IMG/VR virus record: IMGVR_UViG_3300036759_000011
Location: 1-56,120 of that record
From: a virus
Taxonomy: Duplodnaviria; Caudoviricetes
DNA: 56,120 bases
Direction: 5' to 3' (one strand)
The position numbers and the translations under genes are program-made. The notes beneath the pieces are model-generated. The model did not search any database, had not been told where the DNA came from, and saw only the letters and a list, made by a program, of their open reading frames with translations. Position 1 is the first letter of the stretch. Each line of letters opens with the position of its first letter. Below are positions 36,613-45,869 of this stretch, in pieces.

Positions 36613-37298
36613 TATGGAATGTGTTTGATAAGCTTGGGGAGCTTCTTCGTATCTCTGATGTTATTCACGTCGGCAATGGTCTGTGCCATATTAGCATCAC
36701 CATACCAAGTAATAGCAAGCTTCTTAAGCGTGTCCCCCTTCTTCACATGATATGGAGCAGTCGGTTTCGGAGACAAACCCTTGTTGGCTCCAGTGACTAC
36801 AGCTCTGTCGGGATTGACATACTCGATCAGCGTGAGGACAACATCTTGTCTCACCCTTGCGGCCGTTACTCCCTCTTGCTTTTCGGCACCAAGCATCATC
36901 CAGATGGTCTTATCACCAAACTCAATGTTGTTGATGATCCACTCGGTAGTGCTCATGGGATATGGCAGGGCTTGTCCGGTGATCTTTACTACAGGAGGTT
37001 CCTCCTGAACCGCCTTGATCTGATCCTTTGGCAGAGCCATCCATACTAATTCCCGGATCTTCGGTTCTTGATCTTCGGGACTGTCGTTCTGGCCGGTAGC
37101 CCATCCATCAAACAAGATAGCAATAGTAGCCCCAAAGGGATTTCTTCCCTTCCATTCTGTCAAGCCTTTCTTGCGAGGTCTGGTTACTACTTCCCAACCG
37201 CCAAAACCTTCAGTGATCTTGATGGGAGTTTCATCAAGTAATACAGTCACTTGATGAATACCGTCAGTCGAGGCGATCATAATTTCACCAGGATCCAT
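36612..37298 (-). CDS. LysM-domain tail tube initiator protein
   Basis: YHVKKGDTLKKLAITWYGD..IADVNNI. Confidence 0.85.
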   Translation of the reverse strand: MDPGEIMIASTDGIHQVTVLLDETPIKITEGFGGWEVVTRPRKKGLTEWKGRNPFGATIAILFDGWATGQNDSPEDQEPKIRELVWMALPKDQIKAVQEEPPVVKITGQALPYPMSTTEWIINNIEFGDKTIWMMLGAEKQEGVTAARVRQDVVLTLIEYVNPDRAVVTGANKGLSPKPTAPYHVKKGDTLKKLAITWYGDANMAQTIADVNNIRDTKKLPKLIKHIP

Positions 37299-39286
37299 TA
37301 CTTCCTCGCCAGATAATCCTGATTAGCTTGGGCTACGGCAGTAGCCAAGACTCTGCGATCTAGCATAACTTGCACAACAATTGGCCTACCCTCGCCCATC
37401 ATGCCACTCAAAGAAAGATGCTGACTAATTTGGTTATTAGGAATGACACTAGAACCACCGGGTAGGTACAATAGCTCAGGCCCAATTTCGCCAACTACAT
37501 AAGGGCCAGAAGATGTGACAGGCCCGCCACTTTGTCTTCTCCCAGGATGCCCAGGCGGACCAAGCACGGCTCTAGTTGCTCTATGAACGGCGTGGGCAGC
37601 CACACCCGCAACCTTACTTATCCAATGCCAGCCTTTCTTTACGACACCTACTACCGCCTCAATTGCTTTCTTCAGATCTTTCCATCTCTTCACCAAAAGT
37701 CCAATGATATAGATACCTGGAATGAGAAGATTAAGTAGCAATCCCATCCAATACCAGTTCTTCCAGATCCATTTTGCAGCGTCGATCAGAGTATCTCTAA
37801 AGCCCTTCCAGAAGATGAACAGAATAACGAAGACGGCAATAAGCGCGATTGCTATAGCGATCCATCCAAGCATGGCAAAGTTTACAAATAGCCAAGCAAT
37901 AGCATTAGCGATCAGAACACCCGTTTGCCAAATAAGCCTGACGGTTACTCGGATAATCGCCCAGATCACCCGAATCATAGTGCGGATAAGCCACCACAAA
38001 GCTCTAGTTAATACCTTAACTACTGTCGTGGTATACTCTATAACGTCATTAAGCATCTTGAAGGAGAAATACAACAGACCCATAGTTACTTTGGCTACCA
38101 CTATTGTGCCCGTATATACAAGCCACAAACCGATAACCACACCCAAGAAATATCCCAAAGCTTTCATTATCCACTTATTGGCATTGAATGCTTTGGTTAG
38201 GCCGCCCATATGACTAGTCACAAGACTAACTACTTTAATCAGGCTGATAAAGGTGATGGCAATGCCCTTAATCAGAGCATCGAAGAAGTAGAACGCATCG
38301 ATGATTGCATGTGTTCCGGGCGTGAGTCTTTTATCTAGAGCATTAGCGAAGTCCAGGAGAGTTGCTGGCTTACCATCTCTGACAATCTTATTGATTTCTC
38401 TATCAACACCAGCCAACAGCTTTTGAACGTGACTAAGAATGGGCAGAGTACCTTGACCAGCGCCCTGGGACAACAGATCCTTGAACGTAGTCCATGCACC
38501 AATCAGCGTCTTGGTTTGGATTCTCAGAGCAGCCCCAGAATAACCAGCAGTCGTCTGGACATACTTGTTCAGAGCACCGATTACCTGCTGTGCTGTTATT
38601 CCGGAATTGGCAATATTCTTAATCTGATCGTCGTTGAGCTTCAGTACCTTGTGCAAAGCAGCAAAGATCGGTAGGCCGTCACGAGCAAGGTTGGTAATAA
38701 TCTGACCTGTTGGTCTACCAACGAATGCCATGTGCTGCAACTGTACGGAAACTCGGTTTAGAGCCGCCGGTGTAGTCTTACCAGCATAAGACAAAGAATC
38801 GACCAGAGCTTGCATAGTCTGGTTAGTGAAATCTATTGAGAATCCGAGGGTATGAAAACCGGCAAACATCTGCCGGAAGGCTACAGTAACATCCTTAAAC
38901 TGGAATGGCGAGAATGCAGCTAGATGGAACAGCTTACCCATCTCTTCATTAAGCTGTCCCGTCGCACCCAACACCGGCTGTAGGGCTACTCTAGCTTCTT
39001 GGGATGCCATGTTGTAACTAACACCCAGCTTAACTACAGCCGCACCTAGGCCAATGGCCGCAGCAGTTCCGTAGAACATATACCTACGGGCTGTGAATAC
39101 AGCCTGTTGGAACATCAGGGAATTTTTCGTTGCTACCCTCGAAGCTGCCGCATTTCTGGTGATAGCCATGTTAGCACGGTTTACGGAACCCGTAAACGTG
39201 TTCATCGCAGCAGAAGCCGCAGGCCCGCCTTTAACCGCCAATTCAACTATCAGACGTTGTGCAGCGCTGAGAGCACTAAAACCCAT
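37298..39286 (-). CDS. Tape measure protein
   Basis: SPFQF tape-measure domain, hydrophobic/Trp repeats, GGPV..VGEIGPEL. Confidence 0.92.
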   Translation of the reverse strand: MGFSALSAAQRLIVELAVKGGPAASAAMNTFTGSVNRANMAITRNAAASRVATKNSLMFQQAVFTARRYMFYGTAAAIGLGAAVVKLGVSYNMASQEARVALQPVLGATGQLNEEMGKLFHLAAFSPFQFKDVTVAFRQMFAGFHTLGFSIDFTNQTMQALVDSLSYAGKTTPAALNRVSVQLQHMAFVGRPTGQIITNLARDGLPIFAALHKVLKLNDDQIKNIANSGITAQQVIGALNKYVQTTAGYSGAALRIQTKTLIGAWTTFKDLLSQGAGQGTLPILSHVQKLLAGVDREINKIVRDGKPATLLDFANALDKRLTPGTHAIIDAFYFFDALIKGIAITFISLIKVVSLVTSHMGGLTKAFNANKWIMKALGYFLGVVIGLWLVYTGTIVVAKVTMGLLYFSFKMLNDVIEYTTTVVKVLTRALWWLIRTMIRVIWAIIRVTVRLIWQTGVLIANAIAWLFVNFAMLGWIAIAIALIAVFVILFIFWKGFRDTLIDAAKWIWKNWYWMGLLLNLLIPGIYIIGLLVKRWKDLKKAIEAVVGVVKKGWHWISKVAGVAAHAVHRATRAVLGPPGHPGRRQSGGPVTSSGPYVVGEIGPELLYLPGGSSVIPNNQISQHLSLSGMMGEGRPIVVQVMLDRRVLATAVAQANQDYLARK

Positions 39287-39501
39287 TACTGTTTAAACAA
39301 CTTTCCCACTTGATTGGCAATCTCAACAGCCAAGTTCTTATCTAACATCTGTCTATAGTGCATCATACGATCTGCTACAGCCAGCATCAAATTTCTCTCA
39401 AAGCCATCAGTAGTCTTGAGGAAGGCGAGGGGATCCATGCCAACAACACCTATTTGTGCTGCGGCATTGATGGCATTGATTCCCTCCTCCGTCATTCCCC
39501 C
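39286..39501 (-). CDS. Tail assembly chaperone -1 frameshift extension (gpGT-like)
   Basis: G GGG GAA slippery site at 39501-39495 just before the stop. Confidence 0.8.
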   Translation of the reverse strand, partial: GGMTEEGINAINAAAQIGVVGMDPLAFLKTTDGFERNLMLAVADRMMHYRQMLDKNLAVEIANQVGKLFKQ

Positions 39502-40085
39502 ATCTGCCAAATCTCTCTTTCCAGATCAGCGTTTGTGTCCAACAACCATCGATTCAATCGTTCTGCATGGTTGATGATAGCTAGCTCGTTATTACCAAAG
39601 AAACGTCTAACCACCAATCTAGCCGTTAGAGGTTGCCCAGGCTCACTCTTCAGTCCCATAGCCTTAGCTAGACGTTCATCAAACATGACAGGAGATCCCA
39701 TCATCTCAGGATCTAATTCTACAGGCTCATCAATTCCCTCAGGCTGGCAATACAAGCCAGCACAAAGGCGAATCATCGTGTCGATACTGATATACAGATT
39801 CCTGTTATAGCCATCCTTAAATTCTCGTTGGACCTTACGAGTAATATCATCTAGTTCTTTGCCTTTATCGGGCAGATGATATTTGATCTGGATTCCAGAT
39901 CGCTCATAACCTCTAACAGGGATGTACACTTCCTTAACAGAGGCAAGTTCTTCTTGATCTTGCCTAAGCAGGTCAATGACCGAAGGCATTTGACCGGGAT
40001 GTGTACCGTTATCTTCGGCCGCGCCCTCTTCTTCAAACCCCTGCACAGCAGGAGTGGGCTGACCTTCTTGCTCAATTTCGTTCAT
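39492..40085 (-). CDS. Tail assembly chaperone (gpG-like)
   Basis: Lies between tube and TMP; ends in a slippery site. Confidence 0.8.
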   Translation of the reverse strand: MNEIEQEGQPTPAVQGFEEEGAAEDNGTHPGQMPSVIDLLRQDQEELASVKEVYIPVRGYERSGIQIKYHLPDKGKELDDITRKVQREFKDGYNRNLYISIDTMIRLCAGLYCQPEGIDEPVELDPEMMGSPVMFDERLAKAMGLKSEPGQPLTARLVVRRFFGNNELAIINHAERLNRWLLDTNADLEREIWQMGE

Positions 40086-40113
40086 AGCTCACTCTCTCCT
40101 AACTTAAGCTATG

Positions 40114-40578
40114 TTATACGACTTCAGGATTCCCGTGTACCGTTACCTCGATTTCGAGAAGTGCAGCAGACGTAGCTTCCGAATCTACATCAGGGACTTG
40201 AACGCGCTTAAGTACACCAATCCATTGGATACCCGTCTGACCAAACACATTGCCATCAATATCCATTGGACGCTGTGTAACGGTAACTGTACCCTTACCA
40301 ACAGCATTCAACAGAGCGCCAATCTTTGCATGATCGTCAAAACGATCATAAATGCGCTGAAGTGTCACGTTACCCGGCGTGACTCGACCGCCTAGAGAGA
40401 TGCGCGGAACCATTCCACCAGGATAATACGTCACTTCATCAGAGTCTAGCTCACCACCGCTTTTCTTATCAAAAGCTCCCAAGTTGATAGCGCCAGCGGG
40501 AGTTGTAACCTTGACATTAAGCAGGAATGTATCTTGACGGGTTCCGCCCTTAACAAGACGACCAATGTTCTGTGCCAT
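40114..40578 (-). CDS. Tail tube protein
   Basis: Follows sheath; SGGE..GG..GNVTLQR. Confidence 0.85.
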   Translation of the reverse strand: MAQNIGRLVKGGTRQDTFLLNVKVTTPAGAINLGAFDKKSGGELDSDEVTYYPGGMVPRISLGGRVTPGNVTLQRIYDRFDDHAKIGALLNAVGKGTVTVTQRPMDIDGNVFGQTGIQWIGVLKRVQVPDVDSEATSAALLEIEVTVHGNPEVV

Positions 40579-40588
40579 GTTTCACCTC

Positions 40589-42049
40589 CTAGACGGCCGA
40601 GACAGTGATGGGCGGTGCAACAGTAACAGGACGCTTCACAACCTGAATGACTACGTACTCAGCGAACGGAGCCATCTTGACAGTCACGATTGCATGAAGC
40701 TCAAGAGCAGCAATCGTCTGTAGCGTATTCACCCTAGAACTAGTATCCACTGAGAATGCTTCGGCGGCAGTAGACCCATAAAGCTCACCCTGATTGTAGT
40801 GAGTGAGCATAACTGCTGCCAGAGCATCGTGGAAGCCGTTGATCGTAGCACCATTTGGGCCATCAATCTCAGCAAACACGTAGCTCTCGCCAACTTCGTC
40901 AAGCTCGGCAACAAGTTGGGTATAGAATCTTGCATTAGCAAAATCGACCCAGTTGTAATCACCGATAGAATCGACTAGAGCACGCCATCCGTAGACGCGA
41001 ATCCCGCCAAACATACGGCGGATGACATTGACACTAGCGCCGTTAAGAGTTTGTCTATCAAGATCAGTCCAAGAAGGCTGAGACAAATCAATACAGTACA
41101 AACTCAAACCAGCATTACCAGCGGAGGGATGATTAGTACCAACAGCAGGATCATTGCGCGCAATGAGTCCTGCAATCAACGCAGATGGCGGGACTACACG
41201 AACAGTACCAGTAACCAAACCTGGGACAATAACCCAGGGCGCGAATCCAGCGCACCAGCGGCTTCTAATGCTAGCCGCACTTGCTTCAAGAGTTGCAAGA
41301 GTACCACTGTTAGGGAAATCAATAATAGCTGTGCGGTTGTGATCCTGTGCAGAGGCCGCGAGCTGATTGTATGCGGCATTCGAGACTCTACCAGGCGAAG
41401 AAATCTGACCAGGGCCAAGATCCTTATCGAACCTAGCATGAGCGGCAGCCCACGAAGAATCATCGATGTTGTTGCGATCATCATTACCAGCAGACATTGC
41501 CGTAGCACCCATAGTATATGGAATTAGGGCACTGGGACCAGGCGTGATACGAATATACTGGCTGTATTGTGACCACTGGATTGCTTCGCCTTGGTTCACA
41601 AGATCACCGGAATCCTCAAGAACCGTGCCAGCACCATCAGTCACCTGGATCCTGTAAGCTGTAGGATAACCCACAGATCCAGCAACTACGGCAACTTTGT
41701 AGTTAGCAGACCAAGCACCGGGGCCAGTAGCAGTAGCAATCAAGCTAACAACGCTACCACCGCTGTCAACCATGTCAACACCACCACTAGTTGCACCAGG
41801 GCCAACCACGCGAGAGATGAAAACTCTGTTCCCACCCTCACGGAAGTACGTGTCGATAGCATCGTAAAGAATGCTGTAAGTGACCCTATCACCGTAACGA
41901 GTAACAAAGTCATTCAAACTTTGTACAAGTGTTGGGGCGGTCGGGCCTCTATCTGTAAGTCCAGCAGCGAACCACGTCCCTGTATCAGTCGGAATTGAAA
42001 CAGGAACAGGTAGCTCGAGTAGACTTACATTTACACCGGGACGTGTCAT
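40589..42049 (-). CDS. Tail sheath protein
   Basis: RPGV N-terminus, RGP, PPSALIAGLIAR, VYGWRAL, PFAEYV. Confidence 0.92.
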   Translation of the reverse strand: MTRPGVNVSLLELPVPVSIPTDTGTWFAAGLTDRGPTAPTLVQSLNDFVTRYGDRVTYSILYDAIDTYFREGGNRVFISRVVGPGATSGGVDMVDSGGSVVSLIATATGPGAWSANYKVAVVAGSVGYPTAYRIQVTDGAGTVLEDSGDLVNQGEAIQWSQYSQYIRITPGPSALIPYTMGATAMSAGNDDRNNIDDSSWAAAHARFDKDLGPGQISSPGRVSNAAYNQLAASAQDHNRTAIIDFPNSGTLATLEASAASIRSRWCAGFAPWVIVPGLVTGTVRVVPPSALIAGLIARNDPAVGTNHPSAGNAGLSLYCIDLSQPSWTDLDRQTLNGASVNVIRRMFGGIRVYGWRALVDSIGDYNWVDFANARFYTQLVAELDEVGESYVFAEIDGPNGATINGFHDALAAVMLTHYNQGELYGSTAAEAFSVDTSSRVNTLQTIAALELHAIVTVKMAPFAEYVVIQVVKRPVTVAPPITVSAV

Positions 42050-42345
42050 TAGGCACCTCCCTCATCAGGCGGAGTCTCCTCAACAGGAGGCTCAGGTGGA
42101 GTAGCTTCTTCAGCTTCCAGAGAGCTAGGCGGCTGGGTTGAAATCAGAGAACCCTCTGATAGCATCCAGTTATTTGCAATATTACCTAGATCCTCTTCCG
42201 ATAGATCCACGAAATCACCGGGAGCTACAGGAACGGTCTTATCTCCGATAATTATTTCTGAAGCGTAGTACCCGATATATCTATATTGACCAGCAGCAGC
42301 TTGTGGCGTAGCCTCCTCCTGCTGCTCAGTATCAGGGTTGCTCAT
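42049..42345 (-). CDS. Acidic hypothetical structural protein
   Basis: AAGGAG SD; position. Confidence 0.65.
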   Translation of the reverse strand: MSNPDTEQQEEATPQAAAGQYRYIGYYASEIIIGDKTVPVAPGDFVDLSEEDLGNIANNWMLSEGSLISTQPPSSLEAEEATPPEPPVEETPPDEGGA

Positions 42346-43045
42346 AAATGGGCTCCTTTTCCACGTCAATATAGACGTGTTCAACTCTACCGTACACGTA
42401 CCCAGCAGGAGTACAGATGCCTGTGATGGGATCGCAGATAACTGGTCCGCCAGGTTCATCTTGGTCAGGCACGGGAGGCCCAGGTGTCGCAGTTGCTACA
42501 TCATCTACATAGACTGAGAAGTACACCCCTGCTGCTCTGTATTGCTGAATCTGATCGGGAATGGGAAGATCTTCATACACTTCATCGACCCATCTAACAT
42601 CAGAGACTAGAAGATTTCGATCCTCTAGTCTCTTTTGCATGATGATTCCTCTCGCCGAAGCAGCATAGCCCTTGATGTAGTCATTGACTATTTCCTCGGT
42701 CTGTGCTGACACAGCGATTCCGACTCCCAATCTCCAATTCGCACAATACTGTGCAGTACCCATCCTCTCAGGAGATTCCTCCAATCCACCACTGATAACT
42801 ACAACTTTAGGCATTCGTTCTCCGCGCTCTGCATCAAAAGAATTCCTATTGCTGTAGTTAATTGGCGGAACCAACGTGTTAGGAGGCAGTAAGAGTTGTC
42901 GTTCCTGCTGCCTTAGATACGTTGGAAACCATTTCCGCAAGCTCAGGATAGCAGCACGTTCAAGCTGTCCCGCAGAAAACATCCTACGGAAATAGCTATT
43001 AGGAACCTCCAGTGGAGGAGTGGGATCAACAGGAAGTACAGTCAT
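42332..43045 (-). CDS. Tail terminator/completion protein
   Basis: Position before sheath; size. Confidence 0.6.
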   Translation of the reverse strand: MTVLPVDPTPPLEVPNSYFRRMFSAGQLERAAILSLRKWFPTYLRQQERQLLLPPNTLVPPINYSNRNSFDAERGERMPKVVVISGGLEESPERMGTAQYCANWRLGVGIAVSAQTEEIVNDYIKGYAASARGIIMQKRLEDRNLLVSDVRWVDEVYEDLPIPDQIQQYRAAGVYFSVYVDDVATATPGPPVPDQDEPGGPVICDPITGICTPAGYVYGRVEHVYIDVEKEPIYEQP

Positions 43046-43539
43046 TCTCTGTGGGGGTTAGTCACGTAGAATAGGATCATCTCATTCCATCTTGCTCTGT
43101 CAGTATCCAGAAACCTAATGAACGGTCTTGCAGGAATCTTTCGTTTCCTGCTTCCTTTCTGATGTGCTCCTGCATACGGTCTGCTAGTACCAAACATCAA
43201 TTTATTTTTCGATAAAGCAAAGATCTGATATTCGGCACCAGGTTCAGTCACAGATCTATACATAGTATCATTCCCGAGAGACGAATAATTCGGCTTCGCC
43301 TCAAGAGTACGGAGAATAAGACTTGTGCCCTTCTTCCTGATAGTATCAGGCTTGAGTACTCTCCAAGAACCTCCACCACGCCTTCCCCGACTAGCAAAGA
43401 TCAGCTTCTCAATTTCGAGCATATCCAAGCCAATCTTACCAAGGACGGGCATTGGATCCTCAAGCCTCTTCATGACTCTCTTTAGGCGGAAAACTTCCTT
43501 AGGAAACGAGCGACCCACATCCATAATGATAGGCTCCAT
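43042..43539 (-). CDS. Virion morphogenesis protein (Mu gpG-like)
   Basis: GTSRPYAGAHQKG, IPARPF. Confidence 0.85.
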   Translation of the reverse strand: MEPIIMDVGRSFPKEVFRLKRVMKRLEDPMPVLGKIGLDMLEIEKLIFASRGRRGGGSWRVLKPDTIRKKGTSLILRTLEAKPNYSSLGNDTMYRSVTEPGAEYQIFALSKNKLMFGTSRPYAGAHQKGSRKRKIPARPFIRFLDTDRARWNEMILFYVTNPHRE

Positions 43540-44003
43540 TACGGAGTCACCATTCCCATAGTGAAGGCTCTATCAGTGTCATCCACCGGGAAGAAGTCAT
43601 CAGCAGTAACGATGTCGAACGGGGTGGTGGGGATATCCGGATCAATCGGAATGGAACCATCGACAATCATACCAAGCAATGCGATAGCTTGATCGTACAG
43701 TTTTTGTGCAAAACTCTGATCGTCAATGGTGAGAGAAGTTCTCGCAGACGAGTTGAAGTACAGCTGTGCTGCAATTAGCTTTGCCGCGATCTCTCTGACA
43801 ATATCGGGAGTACCCTCAGGCGTAGTCCAGGAATACAAGATATCTTGGCTCACGACAGGCGTGAGATATCCTCGAATAACCCGAGCGACGCTAATCTGGA
43901 TTAGCGACGTATTCTCGTCAGTAGCTACGCAGACGGCATTAACATCTAGCCCGTCGGGCAGATTGGCATTAATGTCGTCTAAGCTAGCTAGAATCTCAGG
44001 CAT
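43539..44003 (-). CDS. Head-tail adaptor (Mu gp36/DUF1320-like)
   Basis: IRGYL..P..IA..LY..YDQAI..L..I..G. Confidence 0.75.
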   Translation of the reverse strand: MPEILASLDDINANLPDGLDVNAVCVATDENTSLIQISVARVIRGYLTPVVSQDILYSWTTPEGTPDIVREIAAKLIAAQLYFNSSARTSLTIDDQSFAQKLYDQAIALLGMIVDGSIPIDPDIPTTPFDIVTADDFFPVDDTDRAFTMGMVTP

Positions 44004-44005
44004 GT

Positions 44006-44434
44006 TTAGCTACTTGCAGGAGCGTCAGCAGTCGTGGTCTTGGCATTAGCCTTAGGAGCAGGTGCAGGTGCTTCTTCAGCTTCACCAGGAGGGACACCTT
44101 CAGGATCGCCTTCCATCACGGGAGGAGAAACAGGAACACTAACAGCGAGATTCTTCATATCCTCTGCCTCTTCCTCCGTAAGCGCCTCACCTTCACCCAT
44201 CTTAGCGAGAAGGTTTGTGCGATAACGCTCAGGAGACTCACCGGCTTCTAGAGCACCCTTAGGATAAGGAGCCTCACGAACAACACCCTGCTCCTCAAGA
44301 TGCTTCCATTCCTCATCAGTCATACCCTCGAAGTCACCCTGGCTAACTTCGTCACCAGGATTAGCAACCTCTTCGACCTTTCCCCACTCGTTTACCTTCT
44401 TACGCATCACAGACCATGCATACGCCATTTTCAC
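44006..44434 (-). CDS. Hypothetical head-associated protein
   Basis: Follows MCP; acidic. Confidence 0.7.
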   Translation of the reverse strand: MKMAYAWSVMRKKVNEWGKVEEVANPGDEVSQGDFEGMTDEEWKHLEEQGVVREAPYPKGALEAGESPERYRTNLLAKMGEGEALTEEEAEDMKNLAVSVPVSPPVMEGDPEGVPPGEAEEAPAPAPKANAKTTTADAPASS

Positions 44435-44439
44435 ACCCC

Positions 44440-45447
44440 CTAGAAGGCAGTAGCCGAGAAGGCGGTCTTGATGAGATAACCAGCAGAAGCAGTCACGATC
44501 TTCAGATCATACTTCCAGCTAGTACGAACCAGATCAGCCTTACGAGGCTCTTCACGCCAACGCTCAGTTGGGCGAGTAGAACCATCAGGATAAATCTGAG
44601 AGAACGTCTTACCGAAGGTCATCTGATTCAGACCGAGAGTGTTATCCACGATACCCAGCCACACATCTTTGCCCCAGAACGAAGTCATGGAAGCAGTAGC
44701 ATCGATGTTGTTAGCTGCGTTGTACATGGACTCTAGCGGAATGATGACTCCAGTAAAGCCAGTCAGAGCGCGGAAAGCATCATCCATTGTTAGAGCAAAG
44801 TTCTTGAAGCGGTCGATGACTCGAGGATGGTTCTCGATGTAACGCATACCCAGCGTGGGAATAGCAAGCACGTTGGGGTAGCGACCAGTGGCACCATACA
44901 CAGCACGCATTCCTACGACGATATCGTTAACCGGGTTGCTCGTAGAAGTTACACCATTGGTGTAATCATCCCACTGCTGAGCACCAGTCAGCGTTACGGT
45001 ATTACCTGCTGGGTAGTTAGCAGTATTACGAAGCAGAACAGAGACAGCACGTTCATGATCTAGGAGCAGAGAGCGCACAACAAGAGCAGCAGCATCTCTC
45101 TCAGGATCAAGCTGAAGATCGCCACCAAACGTAGCATTGGCGAGTCCGCCCTGAGAAGTCAACTGCTGACGCTCTTCGTCAAGAACAGGAGACTGGAGCG
45201 AATGCTCTTTAGTGGAGAACACATCCTGACTCCACTTTGCTCCGACGATCTCGTGTGCCACAGTACCCGGCTCACGCCTGGACTCGAAGATCAAATTGTT
45301 CGATCTATCGAATACGCGGTACTGTCCTGATTGCGTTCTAACGGGCACCACAGGCATGAGGCGCTCGCTGGAAAGACCCAATTCCGTGAAACCAACAGAG
45401 AAGTTGGTGAGAATAGGATCGATGTAAAGTCCACTAGGATCGTACAA
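44440..45447 (-). CDS. Major capsid protein
   Basis: DPILTN N-terminus, QWDD..SNPV, FGKTF, AGYLI; position. Confidence 0.9.
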   Translation of the reverse strand: MYDPSGLYIDPILTNFSVGFTELGLSSERLMPVVPVRTQSGQYRVFDRSNNLIFESRREPGTVAHEIVGAKWSQDVFSTKEHSLQSPVLDEERQQLTSQGGLANATFGGDLQLDPERDAAALVVRSLLLDHERAVSVLLRNTANYPAGNTVTLTGAQQWDDYTNGVTSTSNPVNDIVVGMRAVYGATGRYPNVLAIPTLGMRYIENHPRVIDRFKNFALTMDDAFRALTGFTGVIIPLESMYNAANNIDATASMTSFWGKDVWLGIVDNTLGLNQMTFGKTFSQIYPDGSTRPTERWREEPRKADLVRTSWKYDLKIVTASAGYLIKTAFSATAF

Positions 45448-45463
45448 GGAATCTCACCCCCTT

Positions 45464-45853
45464 CTACAGTGTAGGTCCACCTTGGATGATTAGCATGGAA
45501 ATCCGATCCCCAGCATTCGTAGAGGGATGGCCCACACAGCGACCCACAAGACGAGCACCACTAGCCGCAACAGCCAATTTAACACGCCCGTCCGTTTCGA
45601 GTTGGCATCTCTGTCCAACTGCAATTGCTCCCGATGCTTCCACTTCACTCACGCCATGAACACGAACACTTGCACCCTTACCCTTGGCGATTTCACCAGT
45701 GGTGACACCAAACTGACTAACGCCGATAGGATCATCGGCAATAGCAGTAACCGCCGTCACAGTCTCAGCAGACGTGTACTTGACAAGACGGTACTTGCTG
45801 ATAGCACCAGAAGCATCCATACCAACGTCAAGCAGGAAGTTTCCCCATGCCAT
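45464..45853 (-). CDS. Capsid decoration/cement protein (DUF2190-like)
   Basis: VEASGAIAVG..DGRV..AGDRISM. Confidence 0.8.
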   Translation of the reverse strand: MAWGNFLLDVGMDASGAISKYRLVKYTSAETVTAVTAIADDPIGVSQFGVTTGEIAKGKGASVRVHGVSEVEASGAIAVGQRCQLETDGRVKLAVAASGARLVGRCVGHPSTNAGDRISMLIIQGGPTL

Positions 45854-45869
45854 TTATACATTCACCCCC

